64,000 bases of DNA, taken from the NCBI GenBank assembly GCA_964016885.1, contig OZ024741.1:97712001-97776000 (forward strand), written 5' to 3'. Of this stretch, positions 29,736 through 44,774 are shown in pieces. A program made the position numbers and the translations under genes. The stretch comes from Eledone cirrhosa (taxonomy: Eukaryota). The notes under the pieces were generated by a model. The model saw only the letters and a list, made by a program, of their open reading frames with translations, made no database searches and was not told where the DNA came from. Numbering within the stretch: position 1 is the first letter of the stretch; the number at the start of each line of letters is the position of its first letter.

Positions 29736-30204
29736 AGTGGTCACACAACAGTTAGTTCACCATACCGAGAACAATTGTTTCAGGCAATACTAGACTGCGT
29801 GCGAGAGGTGTATGGGAGATAACTGCGAAAGTCCGGAAAGTTTTAGGTTGAAAATAAAATTAAAATAATATTAAAATTAAAATTACAAAGAATCAATCCG
29901 GAGCCTTGTAATTATGCAATAGATGTTTGGGTGACATGTGGACAACGTGTGAAAAAGTCACTTCTCGTGTTTAGGCAATCACTATTGCGTATTCTCTTTA
30001 GAATAGTTATTACTTCGTCAATACATAAGCCACACGTCGGATTTCCCCTTGCTTATGGCTTGGACTTAGTGATGGCTTTCCATTGAATGGAGTAGCCTAT
30101 ACTTGAGTCCTTGAGGGACCATACGTGGCTCGCAAATTTCGAGGATGAACGTCTGTCCGGGTATCTGAAGGTAGACTGGTGGTTCCGCTATATATATATA
30201 TATA

Positions 30205-31690
30205 TTAGAAAAAAGGAAGTAATGTTCTATACAAAACACTGGTTATAGAGGAAATGTGAAGTTGGAAATAGCACGGAAATATTTTTTTTAGGGTCTGTTC
30301 CCTGTTTTTTTTTCCTTTCTTTGAATCGTCAAAGTGACATTATTGAACAAATGAGAGGGACAATTCTTTTAAAAAGAGTTTTATAATATATATAAAATGT
30401 TACCGGTTCCGATGTATTATTAAAATTCATCTTATCATATGTTGAGTATTGCAATACAAAAGAATTAATAAGAATTCAAAACTAGAAATTAAAGATTGAA
30501 CATTAAGAGGTAAGTTTATTTTTCATCTTCCTTGCTGAGAGTGAGACTGGAGAATGAACTTGTATGTATAGAGAGGGGGGTATGTAGTCATGATACTAGC
30601 AGCACCAGTGTTGGTAGTTGTGTTTATTCACTGAACAGAATTGTTTGTTTGTTTTTGGACAAGGGAAATATTCTGTAAATTTTTGTATGTATATGTCTCG
30701 ATTGTGTTAACTGACTGGTCAAAAGTTCAGATGGTTGTAAGCTAGAGGCAAATTCTATGACAACAGTAGGGTTGTAAGAGAAATTCTATTATTGGAATAT
30801 GTTTTTAGGGAGTATGTGTAGTGTATATATAAATATACACACATGTGTGTGTGGTTCATCCTGTTTGTTATAGGTCCCTTTGTGGTGGGAAATAAAAAAA
30901 AAACAGAGTAGAGCATCAGTGGTGGCTTTCAATCCGGAATTTTGGAAAATATGTCAATGAGCAATCTTTTCTCTCTTATTTCGAGGTGTGGTGGGGATGG
31001 GGAAGGAGATATAATGGGGGTGATTACGTATTTAATTTTGGTTTAAATTTGTTAATAAACAGTTTTTCTTTATTTATTCTTTGTTGTTTAGTGAAAGAAT
31101 CGGAGCACTTGTAAAGAAACAAGATTTTAAAGTTGGGTAGGGTCAATCCTGCACAATCTGCAATGTAGCTACTTAAGGGGATTTTTCTTGTTTACCTCTC
31201 GGATTTGTTGGCGTTGGATGGTCATTATTTTGCGTAATTACACACCTGTCTGTCCTATATAGTTATGTCGACAGCCACCGCTTGTGATTACGTAGATCAG
31301 GCTCTCTATGTTGTAAGTGAAGTTGTTTTTCACTGTGAAAGTTTGGACATCTTTAAACGTGAATTGTTGTCCTTCAATTAAGTATAGGCATGTTCTTCCG
31401 CATTTTGTTACCGTAAACCTGGAGATTGGTTTGTGTATATTTGTTCCAGTGAGAATGTGTTTTGGTGATTTGGGTTCCTTTTACTTTTAATGATCTTTTC
31501 ATTTTTTTCATTTTTTCATCTTTAAATAGAATGGGGAGGTTTTGTGTAGTAGATCGAACATTTTGGTGTTTCGCGGGTTGAACGTAGATACATATGGTAA
31601 GATACTGTTTGTGCTTCTGTGCTCTGGGTTGTTGGGTTGATGGAAATTGGTGTGTTTTCCAATGTCTATCCTGTTATTAATTATGTCAAA
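30205..31690 (-). mobile_element. Decayed Neptune/Poseidon-type PLE 3' part
   Basis: Minus strand encodes ILPYVSTFNP, then TKCGRTC..FTVKNNFT..LIYVITSGGCRHNYIGQTG (GIY-YIG), with stops and frameshifts. The 3' end abuts (TA)n. Confidence 0.75.
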
Positions 31691-32986
31691 TGAAGCAATG
31701 AAACAAACGACAGAATACAATGAAGAAATATGTTAGTGCAATCCTAATAACAGAATAGTATTTTGAAATTATTAATATATAAATCGGGATAAATAGATTA
31801 TATACAATTGATACAGTATGAGATAAACAGTAAGATAAAGTATAAATCCTCAATAACATGAACTTAATATATAATCTTCCTAAATTAGGTACCGGAACGA
31901 TGTAATGTATGATTCCTGATAAACATTAAGAAATATGAAACAAATTTCAGACTACCTGCGATTTCTTCCCATAGCGAAACAAAACAAATGGTACACGATG
32001 CATCTATTTAATTTTATTTACAATCTGATTGCTATAGTAATTATTCTATCGAAATCGGGTTTGTGACAAAGTTGATACTATCTCAAAACATAGAAAGTTA
32101 CCAATAACTATAAGACAATATGCTCACAAAACTACGCAAACTATGAAGCAACTGTACAAATCATGTATTCAGACATATAAAGACACATACGCATATATAT
32201 ATATATGCATAAATATATATATGCATAAATACGCTTGAGTATATACACGTGTAGTGTTTGCATGGAAGTGTGTGAAGTACTTCGGTTTGTACATATTCCT
32301 GAATATGAACGCGAATAAAGCTCTATGTCTCTGAGACAGTACGCATGGTGTATGTGTGAAAATATGTATGTAATTACTACAAAATATATGTGTGTACTTT
32401 ATGGGTTAGTAGGTGTGCGTATATTCGTGGTTATGTATGCACAGTCACCAATTCACGCCTGACATAAGCATTTGAATATGCAATCTAGAAACCGATATTC
32501 TGAAAGAAATTCAATTAGGCATATGGACTTTGGAGATGTTGACGCTGCCTGAATCTATAACATTGTTGGGCGTCGGCTTTGAAGGCTTGTATTGTTCAAA
32601 ACCTGAAATGTTATGTTTTGATCAGATATATAGATTAAAAAAAGTATCCTGGTGGGACAACAGAGCACTGGAAAACAAAAAGAAAGATCAAACACAGAAC
32701 ACCATTCTCTTATCCTTTTTCTTATTTATCAGAGTTCCTTAATTTCAAACAAAGCCGGTATTCGGGATCAATACTAAATCAACGATATATAAGTGTGACT
32801 TTTCCAAAGAAGAAAATATATTATTATAAGTGCTACACAAAGATGCATTAAATAGGACACACTAATTTAATACAAATCTATGTCACTGGAAGACAGACAC
32901 TCAGCTTCCGAACATCTGCATACCTTAAAAGATAGAAGATAAAATATTATTTCTACTTGATTATTATCGTCGAATGATTGCACTAC

Positions 32987-33054
<68 letters not shown>

Positions 33055-33059
33055 AAATA

Positions 33060-33133
<74 letters not shown>

Positions 33134-33138
<5 letters not shown>

Positions 33139-33659
33139 AGTTTATGTTGGTTGTATACCAACACCTCAGTATGCAGGCTGGAGCACTCGACGAAGTGCGC
33201 AGGTTGGTTTGGTTACTCCGGAGTAGTGTAAAATAAAGTTAAATAAAAGTCAAATGATTAAAATTTAGCTTCGTTTATTACTGCTATATATATTTCAGTG
33301 ACAGCCATCTTTGGCTGTGACCTCTTCAGGCAGTTTGAATTAGTATGGTATAGACAAGTACATATGTTGTTTAGGTGTATGATATTGTCAATACTCTGAT
33401 ATGCCCAGTTCCTTGTTGGGTTGTTAATTCACTGGGGAACTGGAGTCATATGACTCCAGTTCCCCAGTGAATTAACAACCCAACAAGGAACTGGGCATAT
33501 CAGAGTATTGACAATATCATACACCTAAACAACATATGTACTTGTCTATACCATACTAATTCAAACTGCCTGAAGAGGTCACAGCCAAAGATGGCTGTCA
33601 CTGAAATATATATAGCAGTAATAAACGAAGCTAAATTTTAATCATTTGACTTTTATTTA

Positions 33660-33666
<7 letters not shown>
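33134..33666. mobile_element. Solo pLTR-like element forming a perfect 434-bp palindrome (33233-33666)
   Basis: Centre CATATG at 33447-33452, 217-bp arms, no spacer, ~100 bp extra on the left, long (TA)n on both sides. Confidence 0.9.
33565..33619 (+). ncRNA. Type I HHR (mirror copy 33280-33334, - strand)
   Basis: ACUGC-CUGAAGA-GGUcACAGCCA(AAGA)UGGCUGUcACU-GAAA-UAUAUA-UA^GCAGU: canonical core, perfect stem I, palindromic stem III. Confidence 0.88.
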
Positions 33667-33716
<50 letters not shown>

Positions 33717-33718
33717 GT

Positions 33719-33810
<92 letters not shown>

Positions 33811-34014
33811 GGTATACTTGGGGAGGGTCACATTTGTGTAATATTGCCAGAATTAATAACAGAACACACTCACTGTTTGGTTGGTTTTCGCTTTTCGCTT
33901 CTGTGTCTTTTATATCGGTAATCTAATTTATTCGGTCCTCAATGTTGCCATTGACTGACCAACGGTCAAAAATAATATAGATACAATATAGACACAAACA
34001 CATATATATAGTTT

Positions 34015-34056
34015 ATCAAAGTTCTTTCGTTGCACATCTGCAACATCGTCAGTGGT
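34015..34056 (-). ncRNA. Minimal type I HHR-like motif
   Basis: ACCA-CUGACGA-U-GUUGCA(GAUG)UGCAAC-GAAA-GAAC-UU-UGAU, with one stem I mismatch. Homologue at 41197-41239. Confidence 0.6.
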
Positions 34057-36169
34057 GCCATTGTTTCCTCCCGTTACATTGTATTTTCTACGCCATCTTT
34101 ATTTAGTCTGTTTATATATTTATTTATTTGTTTATTTTATTTTGTCATCTTTGCGCATGCGTTTGCGTGTGTGTATAGTATTACACACACACACACACAC
34201 ACGTATATATATATATGTATGTATATATATATATATACGTGTGTGTGTGTGTAAAAAACATACAAAAACATGCACAATTATCATGGTAACAGTAGTTAGA
34301 TAAAGATTGTGAAACAAAGATCAGTATCTTAAAATGTGTATGGCAAAATAGAACTTAATTCTAATATACAATCAATGGATTCTTGACTAAGCTCATCAGA
34401 TAAAAACATATTCGTTAATAAATGAAATCTAGAAAATCTGTTGAGATATAAAGAATGTATGCCAACGAAATAATGCTTAAATTGCATTTTTTTGTGGGGG
34501 ACGGGGGCATATTTATTTGAATTTTGTCTCAGCAGCAAAAATCCAATGTATAATGCATCGCAGTAGATTATCAGCAATTCCCAATGCACACCGTCTCAGT
34601 AGTGTAGAACATCACAATGTAATTAATACTTCATCTCCCAGAACAATATTTCTTCGACAGCTCAAATAATCCACAAGAATATTTGTTCCAATGAAATTAC
34701 AGTTATAGAATGTAGATTATTTATCACATGTACAATATAATTATATGCGTATGACCATATGAGCAATGCACTCATCTGCTGCAAAGAAATGATATTCATA
34801 TTACATACATGCATAGTTACAAACACACATTCATGCATTCGTATGTTATACACACACACCCACACCCACACATATATATATATATACTTGTGTATAATGG
34901 TAGCTATGGTGCTTCCATAGGCGGTATGCCAAAATTAGCACTCCATATTCATACAGAGCAGACTGTGGATAGTATAAAAAAACGAAAAATCAGTGATGCA
35001 TCTGGACTCAGTTTATTGCGTGTTACAATTATTTGGCCGGCAGGTAGCTCGATACATGATCACTGTATGGATCTGGCTGATTCTACGGCTGCAGGTTCCT
35101 TCGGACACGGGTAGTTCGTTCGTAGCAAATTTTCTCACTGGTGTGTTATCGTCAAAAAACACCTTCAAAAGACATCTTCCACTCTTGTCGTGCCATTGGC
35201 TGTTGCTATTCTACGTCATCTTAAGTTCTGGTCACTATTTACTGCTGCACGGGTCATCAGCCAATTTCCGCCCGTCACACTTCAATGGAGTCATGCTTGG
35301 TTCGGTATCTCACACGTCTGTTCACACTCAAGCGTATGTAGCCACACACACATATACACCAACACGGGCAGGCAGAGACACATGCATGCATACACATATG
35401 TACGCATACATGTGTAGACACACATTAACCAATGTACATATATACACGTACACACTCTCCCTCTCTTCCACAAACCCAGGCACACCCACTTCTAGATACG
35501 GACCGCCACAAGCCTATTAGCGCCTGCCTAAACCGCGCCATACATCCGCTCCCACACGTACGCAAACGCGCACACACGCGCAGACACACACGTCCACGCA
35601 TACAAAGACACATATGGGCGTTCAGGCACATCAACACCTATATACACAAACACTCTCGTACACATAGATGGATACACACGCACATACACGCATATCCAGG
35701 CATCAAGGACAGACACACTTCCAAAGACAAAAGCACACATACACACATATACACACACATGTACACATATCTACACCCCAGTACATGTACCCGTATATAA
35801 ACACATAGACACACCCTATCCTATGTGGGTGTACGTACGCGCCCACACACACACACACCTCCACTGGCAGATACTCACACCATACATATTTATATTTTTG
35901 TTTATATGTGTGTGTGTACATAGACACACACACATATATACACGCATGCAGACACACACGTATACACATATACATATATGTATACGCACACACACGGGTA
36001 GTTTGTTCGGAGAAAATATGCTCCGAACGAACTACCCGTGTCCGAAGGAACCTGCAGCCGTAGAATCAGCCAGATACATACAGTGATCATGTCTCGAGCT
36101 ACCTGCCGGCGAAACAATTGTAACACGCAATAAACTGAGTCCAGATGCATCCCTGATTTTTCGTTTTTT

Positions 36170-36211
<42 letters not shown>

Positions 36212-36213
<2 letters not shown>

Positions 36214-36630
36214 AGGAGGTTATAGTTCACTTGAAGCATTGTGTAATGAGGTATAAACGTTTGAATATGTGTAATAAAGCCAAAACAATGCAGATATGGA
36301 CATAGAAAAAAGAATGCAATTGTAAAAGATGTTGTTGATAATTCGTCCTTTACCTTGAATTTATTAAAATGTCCTTAATTTTCGAGATAATATCTCTTCT
36401 TCGGAGGGAAGTAAAGGTCTCAAACCAGCACTTTAAATATCTAGCTAGATATTTAAAGTGCTGGTTTGAGACCTTTACTTCACTCCGAAGAAGAGATATT
36501 ATCTCGAAAATTAAGGACATTTTAATAAATTCAAGGTAAAGGACGAATTATCAACAACATCTTTTACAATTGCATTCTTTTTTCTATGTCCATATCTGCA
36601 TTGTTTTGGCTTTATTACACACATTCAAAC

Positions 36631-36637
<7 letters not shown>
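36212..36637. mobile_element. Near-perfect 386-bp palindrome (36252-36637) in (TA)n
   Basis: Centre CTAG|CTAG at 36444/36445, 193-bp arms, about 2 mismatches. HHR-like CCGAAGA-A-GAGAU(AUU)AUCUC-GAAA-AU-UA at 36485-36513. Confidence 0.85.
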
Positions 36638-36709
<72 letters not shown>

Positions 36710-36761
36710 CACATACATACGAAATACACATACGTACACATAACTACATGCACACTTACAT

Positions 36762-36797
<36 letters not shown>

Positions 36798-37154
36798 CTC
36801 TACATGCATACGCACACCCACATATATACATATATACATGCACACATATATACATTTACATACGTATACATATGCACACGGACGGCCACATGCAGACACA
36901 TGCACATATGCATATTTTCTTCCACACACATGCTTCCACATATATATATATAAACAAAACCGTAAAATAAAAATACAATATATAATAAAAAACAGAATAT
37001 ACAAAAAAATAACAATAACATAACATAACATAAAATAACAATATAGTATACAATATAATATACATATATATATATATATATATACACATGCATACATATT
37101 CATACATACATATACACATATATACAATGGATATATGATAAAAAAAATAATAAT

Positions 37155-37286
37155 AATTGTTTCTACTTTAGGCACAAGGCCAGAAATTACCCAGTGCATT
37201 ACTGGTACTTTATTTTATCGACCCCGTAAGGATGAAAGACAAAGTCAACATCAGCGGGATTTGAACTCAGATCGTAAAGGGACGTA
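37155..37286 (-). mobile_element. 5'-truncated SINE
   Basis: Family tail, central domain and B-box; sits in (AAT)n. Confidence 0.85.
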
Positions 37287-38179
37287 AAATAATAATAATA
37301 ATAAAATGAATATATAATCCATCCGTACACATTCCTGTGAGATGTACGCATATATATATACACATAAATACACATACCTATAGAGACCCACATATACATA
37401 CATACGCACACACACATATATATACATACGCATCAACATACACACAGATTCTCATACGCAGCTATACGTACTTACATATACATATATATATATATATATA
37501 TATACCTCTCAGCCACATATGTACATACATGTGCATGCATGCACACACACACGTATAAGCTCATGCATATACGTACACATGCACACATACACACCCCCAT
37601 ACACACCCACGTATATATATATATCTACATACACACACATACATATACCTACCCACAGGTCTACACATAAAAACACACATATAAACACAATAGGATAATA
37701 AATTAAAATAAATAAATTTACAATATGTTAAAATACATTAAAATATGTATGTAACTTCACAAAGAGATAAATAAAGAAGGGGGAGGTACAGGAGAAGGTG
37801 CGTGTATCCATGTGATATACTACACACATGTAGTATGAGGTGCAAACTTAGGTCCGTATATGGAACAAGTAACAATAACAAAATAATAATAACAGTAATA
37901 ATAATTGTTCCAAAGTGGAGAGTATATATTCACGATTGACATGGTACACATTCAAGGGGACGCTTGGGCCGGTCACCATGGGGTATCCCACCGTGGCTGG
38001 GGTGTGCTGTTCTATATGTTTGGGGTATTTGACTGGACGACCGTGGACTCCGTGTTAGCCGGTCCTGGCATAGGCGATGTACCTGCCCAATGTTGCGTGC
38101 TCGGTCAGGTGCGCACCCTGGTTCACTTATGTTTGCAACACGGGTCGCACAATGTCATCAGGGCATAGTGTCAGGTCCC

Positions 38180-39140
38180 TCAATCCAGTTGGGCTGTTCG
38201 TGTCTGAGCGACCCGGCCTGTGCCACCCGGAGGATTCCATGCTGCAAATGTGCATCTTCTCAGGTGTCTGCAGGTCATGATAATTTCAGACTTCAGGTTG
38301 ATCGCGTCATCTTTCATTCTGACTATCTCCATGGCCTCGTGCAGGCATAATCGGCACTTTCTACTTCCAGCCGAATATGCCCTCGCATGGCGGACGATAC
38401 TCCATTCCAGGGTGTACGGAGTGCCTTGGTCTTTCATGTCCCACACCAGGTCCGCTAACCTAGTGGAGTGTATTTTGCTACGGTCCCTGAAGGAATTCGT
38501 GTGATTATATATCCGCGATTAAAGATCGTGGATGTTGCGCCAATGTAGGTGCGATGCTCATTTAGGGTTGAAACCACACACTTGTATATCAGACCCTTCG
38601 TCAGGCATTTTCCCTGCAGGGGACACTGGGTGCCCGCTCTGCAGTTACAAGTTCTCTCGTCAGTTCTTACGCATCTGATGTCTGGGCCTCGAACTGTTAT
38701 GGCCCTCTCAGGGTTCCAAGAGTGTTGTTCCGCCGACACTGTGGTCTCCCCTATGCCACTAGTTCCCTCTCGGCATTGGACCACATCACCCTCCGCGGGC
38801 GTTCCAGTCCCTCGGGGGCCGGGTTGTCATTTGAGCGCCGGTCCACGAGTGGTCCCCCGGGCTCCGATAGACGGTCATTCTGTCGCCGAGGTTGGCTGGC
38901 AATGCTCGCCATCTTCACCGCGTTAGTTTTAGCCATGTGGTCGGCCATGTTACGTGCTGTGGGGAAAGAAAACTTCACCGTGTGGCGGTTGAAGATTTTG
39001 TGGTACTTGTTCGTCGGCAGAAAGCACTCATCCAACGCTCGGAAAAAAGTCCTGGCACGTTGATGCGTACATGTTTGGAGTAAGGCGCATTAAACCAAGT
39101 AACGGCCTGAAATCTGTTTCTTCGCGTGTGTAGATTCGTG
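38180..39140 (-). pseudogene. Naiad PLE thumb/linker + GIY-YIG remnant
   Basis: VTWFNAPYSKHVRINV, YHKIFNRHTVKFS, CNCRAGTQCPLQGKC..LIYKC..TYIGAT and CRLCLHE..INLKSE..CRH, spread over several frames. Confidence 0.88.
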
Positions 39141-39736
39141 TTGGTGTGTCCTGGACCCGATGTCCATCCTGCGCTCCGCCCAACCACAATTATATCTCCC
39201 GTGTTGTCTCTATCTATGTGCCCGCTATAGGCTTGTGGCGGTCCGTGTTTGCGTATATATGTGTGTGTGTGTATGTGTGGCTACATACTCTGGACTGTGA
39301 ACAGACGTGTGAGATACCGAACCCAGGACGGAAAATGGCTGATGACCCGTGTAGCAGTAAATAGTGACCAGAAGTTACGATGACTTAGAATAACAACAGC
39401 CAATGGCATGACAAGAGTGGAATATGTTTTTTTAAGGTGTTTTTTGACGATAACACCCCAGTGAAAAATTTGCTACGAACGAACTGCCCGTGTTCGAAGG
39501 ATCAGCCAGATTCATACAGTGATCATGTCTCGAGCTACCTGCTGGCCAAACAATTGTAACACGCAATAAACTGAGTCCAGAGGCATCACTGATATTACGT
39601 TTTTTAATACTATCCACACTCTGCTCTGTATGAATATTGAGTGCTAATTTTGGCATACCGCCTATGGAATCACCATAGCTACCAATATACACAAGTGTAT
39701 ATATATGTATATATACACAATATATATACATATGTG

Positions 39737-39768
<32 letters not shown>

Positions 39769-40138
39769 CGTGTGTGTGTGTATAACATACGAATGCATGA
39801 ATGTTTGCGTGTGTGTTTGTAACTATGCATGTATGTAATATGAATATCATTTCTTTGCAGCAGATGAGTGCATTGCTCATATGGTCATACGCATATAATT
39901 ATATTGTACATGTGATAAATAATCTACATTCTATAACTGTAATTTCATTGGAACAAATATTCTTGTGGATTATTTGAGCTGTCGAAGAAATATTGTTCTG
40001 GGAGATGAAGTATTAATTACATTGTGATGTTCTACACTATGGAGATTTTTTTGATTTGTTTATACTATATATATATATATATATATATCAATATATCGAA
40101 TTTTATATATCGAATATATAAATATACCGATTTTTTTA

Positions 40139-40918
<780 letters not shown>

Positions 40919-40920
40919 AT

Positions 40921-41002
<82 letters not shown>

Positions 41003-41007
<5 letters not shown>

Positions 41008-41370
41008 GTTTCTGAATTTGTTTAGCAAGATTCTTTATCTGAAAACGTGTGTTGAAACCGATATTGTTATGCTTTGGGAGGGTCATGTTGCCAATAAGAA
41101 ACACACGCACCAGCTGCTTTCGCTTCAATTTATTATAAATAAAATTTATAAATTTAGGAATTTATAAATTTCCGGTTGGTTGGTTGTTCATATATTGTCA
41201 AAGTTCTTTCGTCACACATGATGTGACCCGTTCAGTGACTGGGGATTATTTTCTTTGTTTTGTGCCTCTCCTTTGTTCTGCCCTACGCCATCCCAAAGTA
41301 TAACAATATCAGGATTCAACACACGTTTTCAGATAAAGAATCTTGCTAAACAAATTCAGAAACGAAATAT
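41003..41370. mobile_element. Fold-back element with ~77-bp inverted arms and internal HHR-like motif
   Basis: Arms 41003-41079 / 41291-41370; interior homologous to 33810-34100; TA borders. Confidence 0.8.
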
Positions 41371-41672
41371 ATATATATAAGAAAACGAGTTTTTTTTTTT
41401 TTATGTGAAAAAACGATATGTCCTACATGAGTGAAAGTATAAAGGGGAAAAAATGAGATCGAAAATGCAACTGGAGTCTTTTTAAGAATATTTGTTTGTT
41501 CCCTTTATCGGTTTCACAGTTGTTATGCTTTTCAAAAGTAGAATTGAGATGGAAGATTTGTGGTTTTTCTTGCATCTGTTTGGTGTTCGAATGTTACTTT
41601 TGTTTTCTGTGAAAAAAGTGGATCGAAATGGTAGTTTTCTATAAAATAAATAAATAAATAAATATATATTTA

Positions 41673-41704
<32 letters not shown>

Positions 41705-41892
41705 TTTTTATCCAGGGACCCCTTGTAATGCTTGTAGTAATTTCTATTAGCATTACAAGGGGACCCACGAGTCGCAGATTACAGAGTCGGGTAAGATCGA
41801 TACAGATCGAACCTTGATCTGGCCAGTGGCGAAAAGCGCGTCACCAACCAATAAATGTAATGATGGAGTAACCAATCGTCCTTGTTAACTTT

Positions 41893-42021
<129 letters not shown>

Positions 42022-42724
42022 TATATATGTATCTATTCAATTTACGTCCGTATAGAACTAGTAAGCCGTGACAGACTAGGGGAAGTATCGAATACTCCTT
42101 ATAGTTGGTAATCAAAATGAGCTAGTAAGACAAGTAATAATAAAAGAAAGAAAAAAAAAACAGAAAATTAAATAAAAATAGAAGGGAAAAATTATATAAC
42201 AAAAATAACATTTCAAATACTGAAGTCCAAAAGGAGGTAGATTATGCCTATGAAAATGAGAAACAAAAGAGGAAAGAACAAAATCTGTAAAACAGTTAGA
42301 AGTTTCTGTTGTTGAATCTATCTTCCATGTACTCAAAGAATTCATTCATATTTGGTAGTCCTTTAATCATATATTGAACTTCTAATCTGCGTAGTTTTTA
42401 AAGAATGCTTTCAGCATTGCCTCTCTATCAGACTGATAGTTTCTAAATTGGAACAAATAGGACCAAAGAGTTTCTGGATAGTCACCAGAAGAACATAGAG
42501 GTGAATCTCTAGGGCCTGTTCTTGATAGAACGTATTTCAAAGGTACCGTAATGTTCCGTTCCAAGCCAGGTCAATTATATGTACAAACATTAAAAATGGT
42601 CCGAAGACGCCAAGCCTAGGTTTGGAAGAAACAATTGTCAGCGAATAAATCTTTTAAACATAACTTTGATTCTTGTGAATTCAATATATGTGTATCTGTG
42701 TATATCTATATATGTGTGTATGTT

Positions 42725-42761
<37 letters not shown>

Positions 42762-43222
42762 ATATGTGTATATATGTGTGTATATATGTATACATCTGTA
42801 TATATATATATTTGTATATATAAGTATATATGTATATATATATGTGTGTGGGTGTGTGTGTGTGAATGTAGCGAAGATAATATTTCAGCAACGACGTGTT
42901 CGTCAGAATGTCGTTATGCAGACATGCAGACATCAGACAGCTATTACAAGGGCTCGACGCCGATCGATAACCGGCGCCTAACACACCTTTAACAACAAAA
43001 ATTTGAAAAATAAAAGCGGCAATTAGTATCTGTAGATTGCAAGGAATATAGAAATGCAAGTCTGAAGTCAATCGGAGTAGAAATGTGGATTTGTATAGAC
43101 TTTGCAAAAATTAGTACACACACACACACACTCACACACACACACATACGCATACACACACACACACACGCACACATACACACACACACACACACACGCA
43201 CACACACACACACACAGGCACA

Positions 43223-43269
<47 letters not shown>

Positions 43270-43380
43270 ACATACACACACACAAACACAAACAGACAAC
43301 AACAGTTTTATATATATATAGATTATATGTTAACATAATTGTAGAAATCATTATACATAAACATGTGTGTATATATATAT

Positions 43381-43454
<74 letters not shown>

Positions 43455-44774
43455 ATATGTGCGTGCGCGCGCGCGTGTGTGTGCGTATCTGTGTGTATGT
43501 GTGTGTGTACCTGTGTGTATGAGTTTGTGTATATGCGTGTGCATGCTTATCCACTTATTCATATAAACAACAATTCCTAGTATTCATTTTAGATACTTAG
43601 TTCAAATGTTTCATTACATACGGTATAGCTTATATACCATTCTGTTGTTGATAAAAATAGTACTAGTATAACTTTTCTCAATTTAGAAAACTGTATCCAG
43701 AAAAATATTTGTAGCATTTTGCCAATGAGGACAATCACTAATGAATGTTCTTGCGGTATATATGGCCGCCCTATGAACACATGAGTTTGAGAGACAGAAC
43801 TAAATACTACAATATATTTAGTCCAACCCTCTAGCAATTCAGGGAATAACTGTCTTTGAACATTCAATGTTTATCCAGTAAAATAAAAGAACAATACCTA
43901 AGACAGATATCTGTATCTGAGTGACATCTGACAAACTATTTCCAAAGACATATTTTTGTGAGAATACTTCGCTCCACATCCCCAGCCCCGAAAAGAAAAC
44001 AGGAAAATACAAAAATACAAAGATATTAATTGCTTACTTTTAAAAGCTGTCACAATGAAGGACATCAGGATTATATCGAATCAAGTTTAATACGTTTATT
44101 TAAAAACAAAGAAACACAAACTCTCCAATCATCCACAAACTCGCATTATTTACAATCCGACAGCACATAGATAGGCATCATCACAGGAAGACATGCGGAT
44201 AGAATGTGGGACACCTAACGTGTTTTATATGTATATCTAATGTGAAGCCTCCTCTATTTCCTCCTTAGCGTGACCTAATAAGATATTTTTGTTTTGTTTT
44301 ATTTGTATATATATTTAAATATTCATATATTAACAGACATTTAAATTTATTTAAATGTATTTGTATACATATAATTTTTCACATACATGCATACATATAT
44401 TAAGTGTTGTGTTATACATGCCGTCGATATCATTCCTATGACTTTACTGTTATTTATATTACCGAACGTGAAAGGGTTAAATGCAATATTGACATTATGT
44501 TCAGCGTGTAAATATATGTAATTAAATGTTGTAAGCATTATATTAGACGCCCTAATGAAAACTAATCAACAACAGTTGCTACAAGATTATTAATATATAG
44601 GAGTGTAGAATTTGCAATTAAACCAACATCAGTAAATTATTAGCTACATATATCAAATTTATATTCATAAAATGAAATTTCACACTAATTGAAATTAAAC
44701 AATGTTCAAATATTTATGACAAAATAAATCACCATTTGTACATTATTCCTTAAATATTTATTCAGCTTTTATCA

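Larger units (their letters stand above)
34880..39700 (-). mobile_element. Naiad-type PLE with nested insertions and inverted pLTR copies
   Basis: pLTR-like block 34880-35520 has inverted copies at 35996-36170 and ~39200-39700. ORF remnant at 38180-39140. Confidence 0.8.

Noticed and set aside
42870-42940. CTGACGA...GAAA on the minus strand
   Set aside because: No stem I or convincing stem II pairing.
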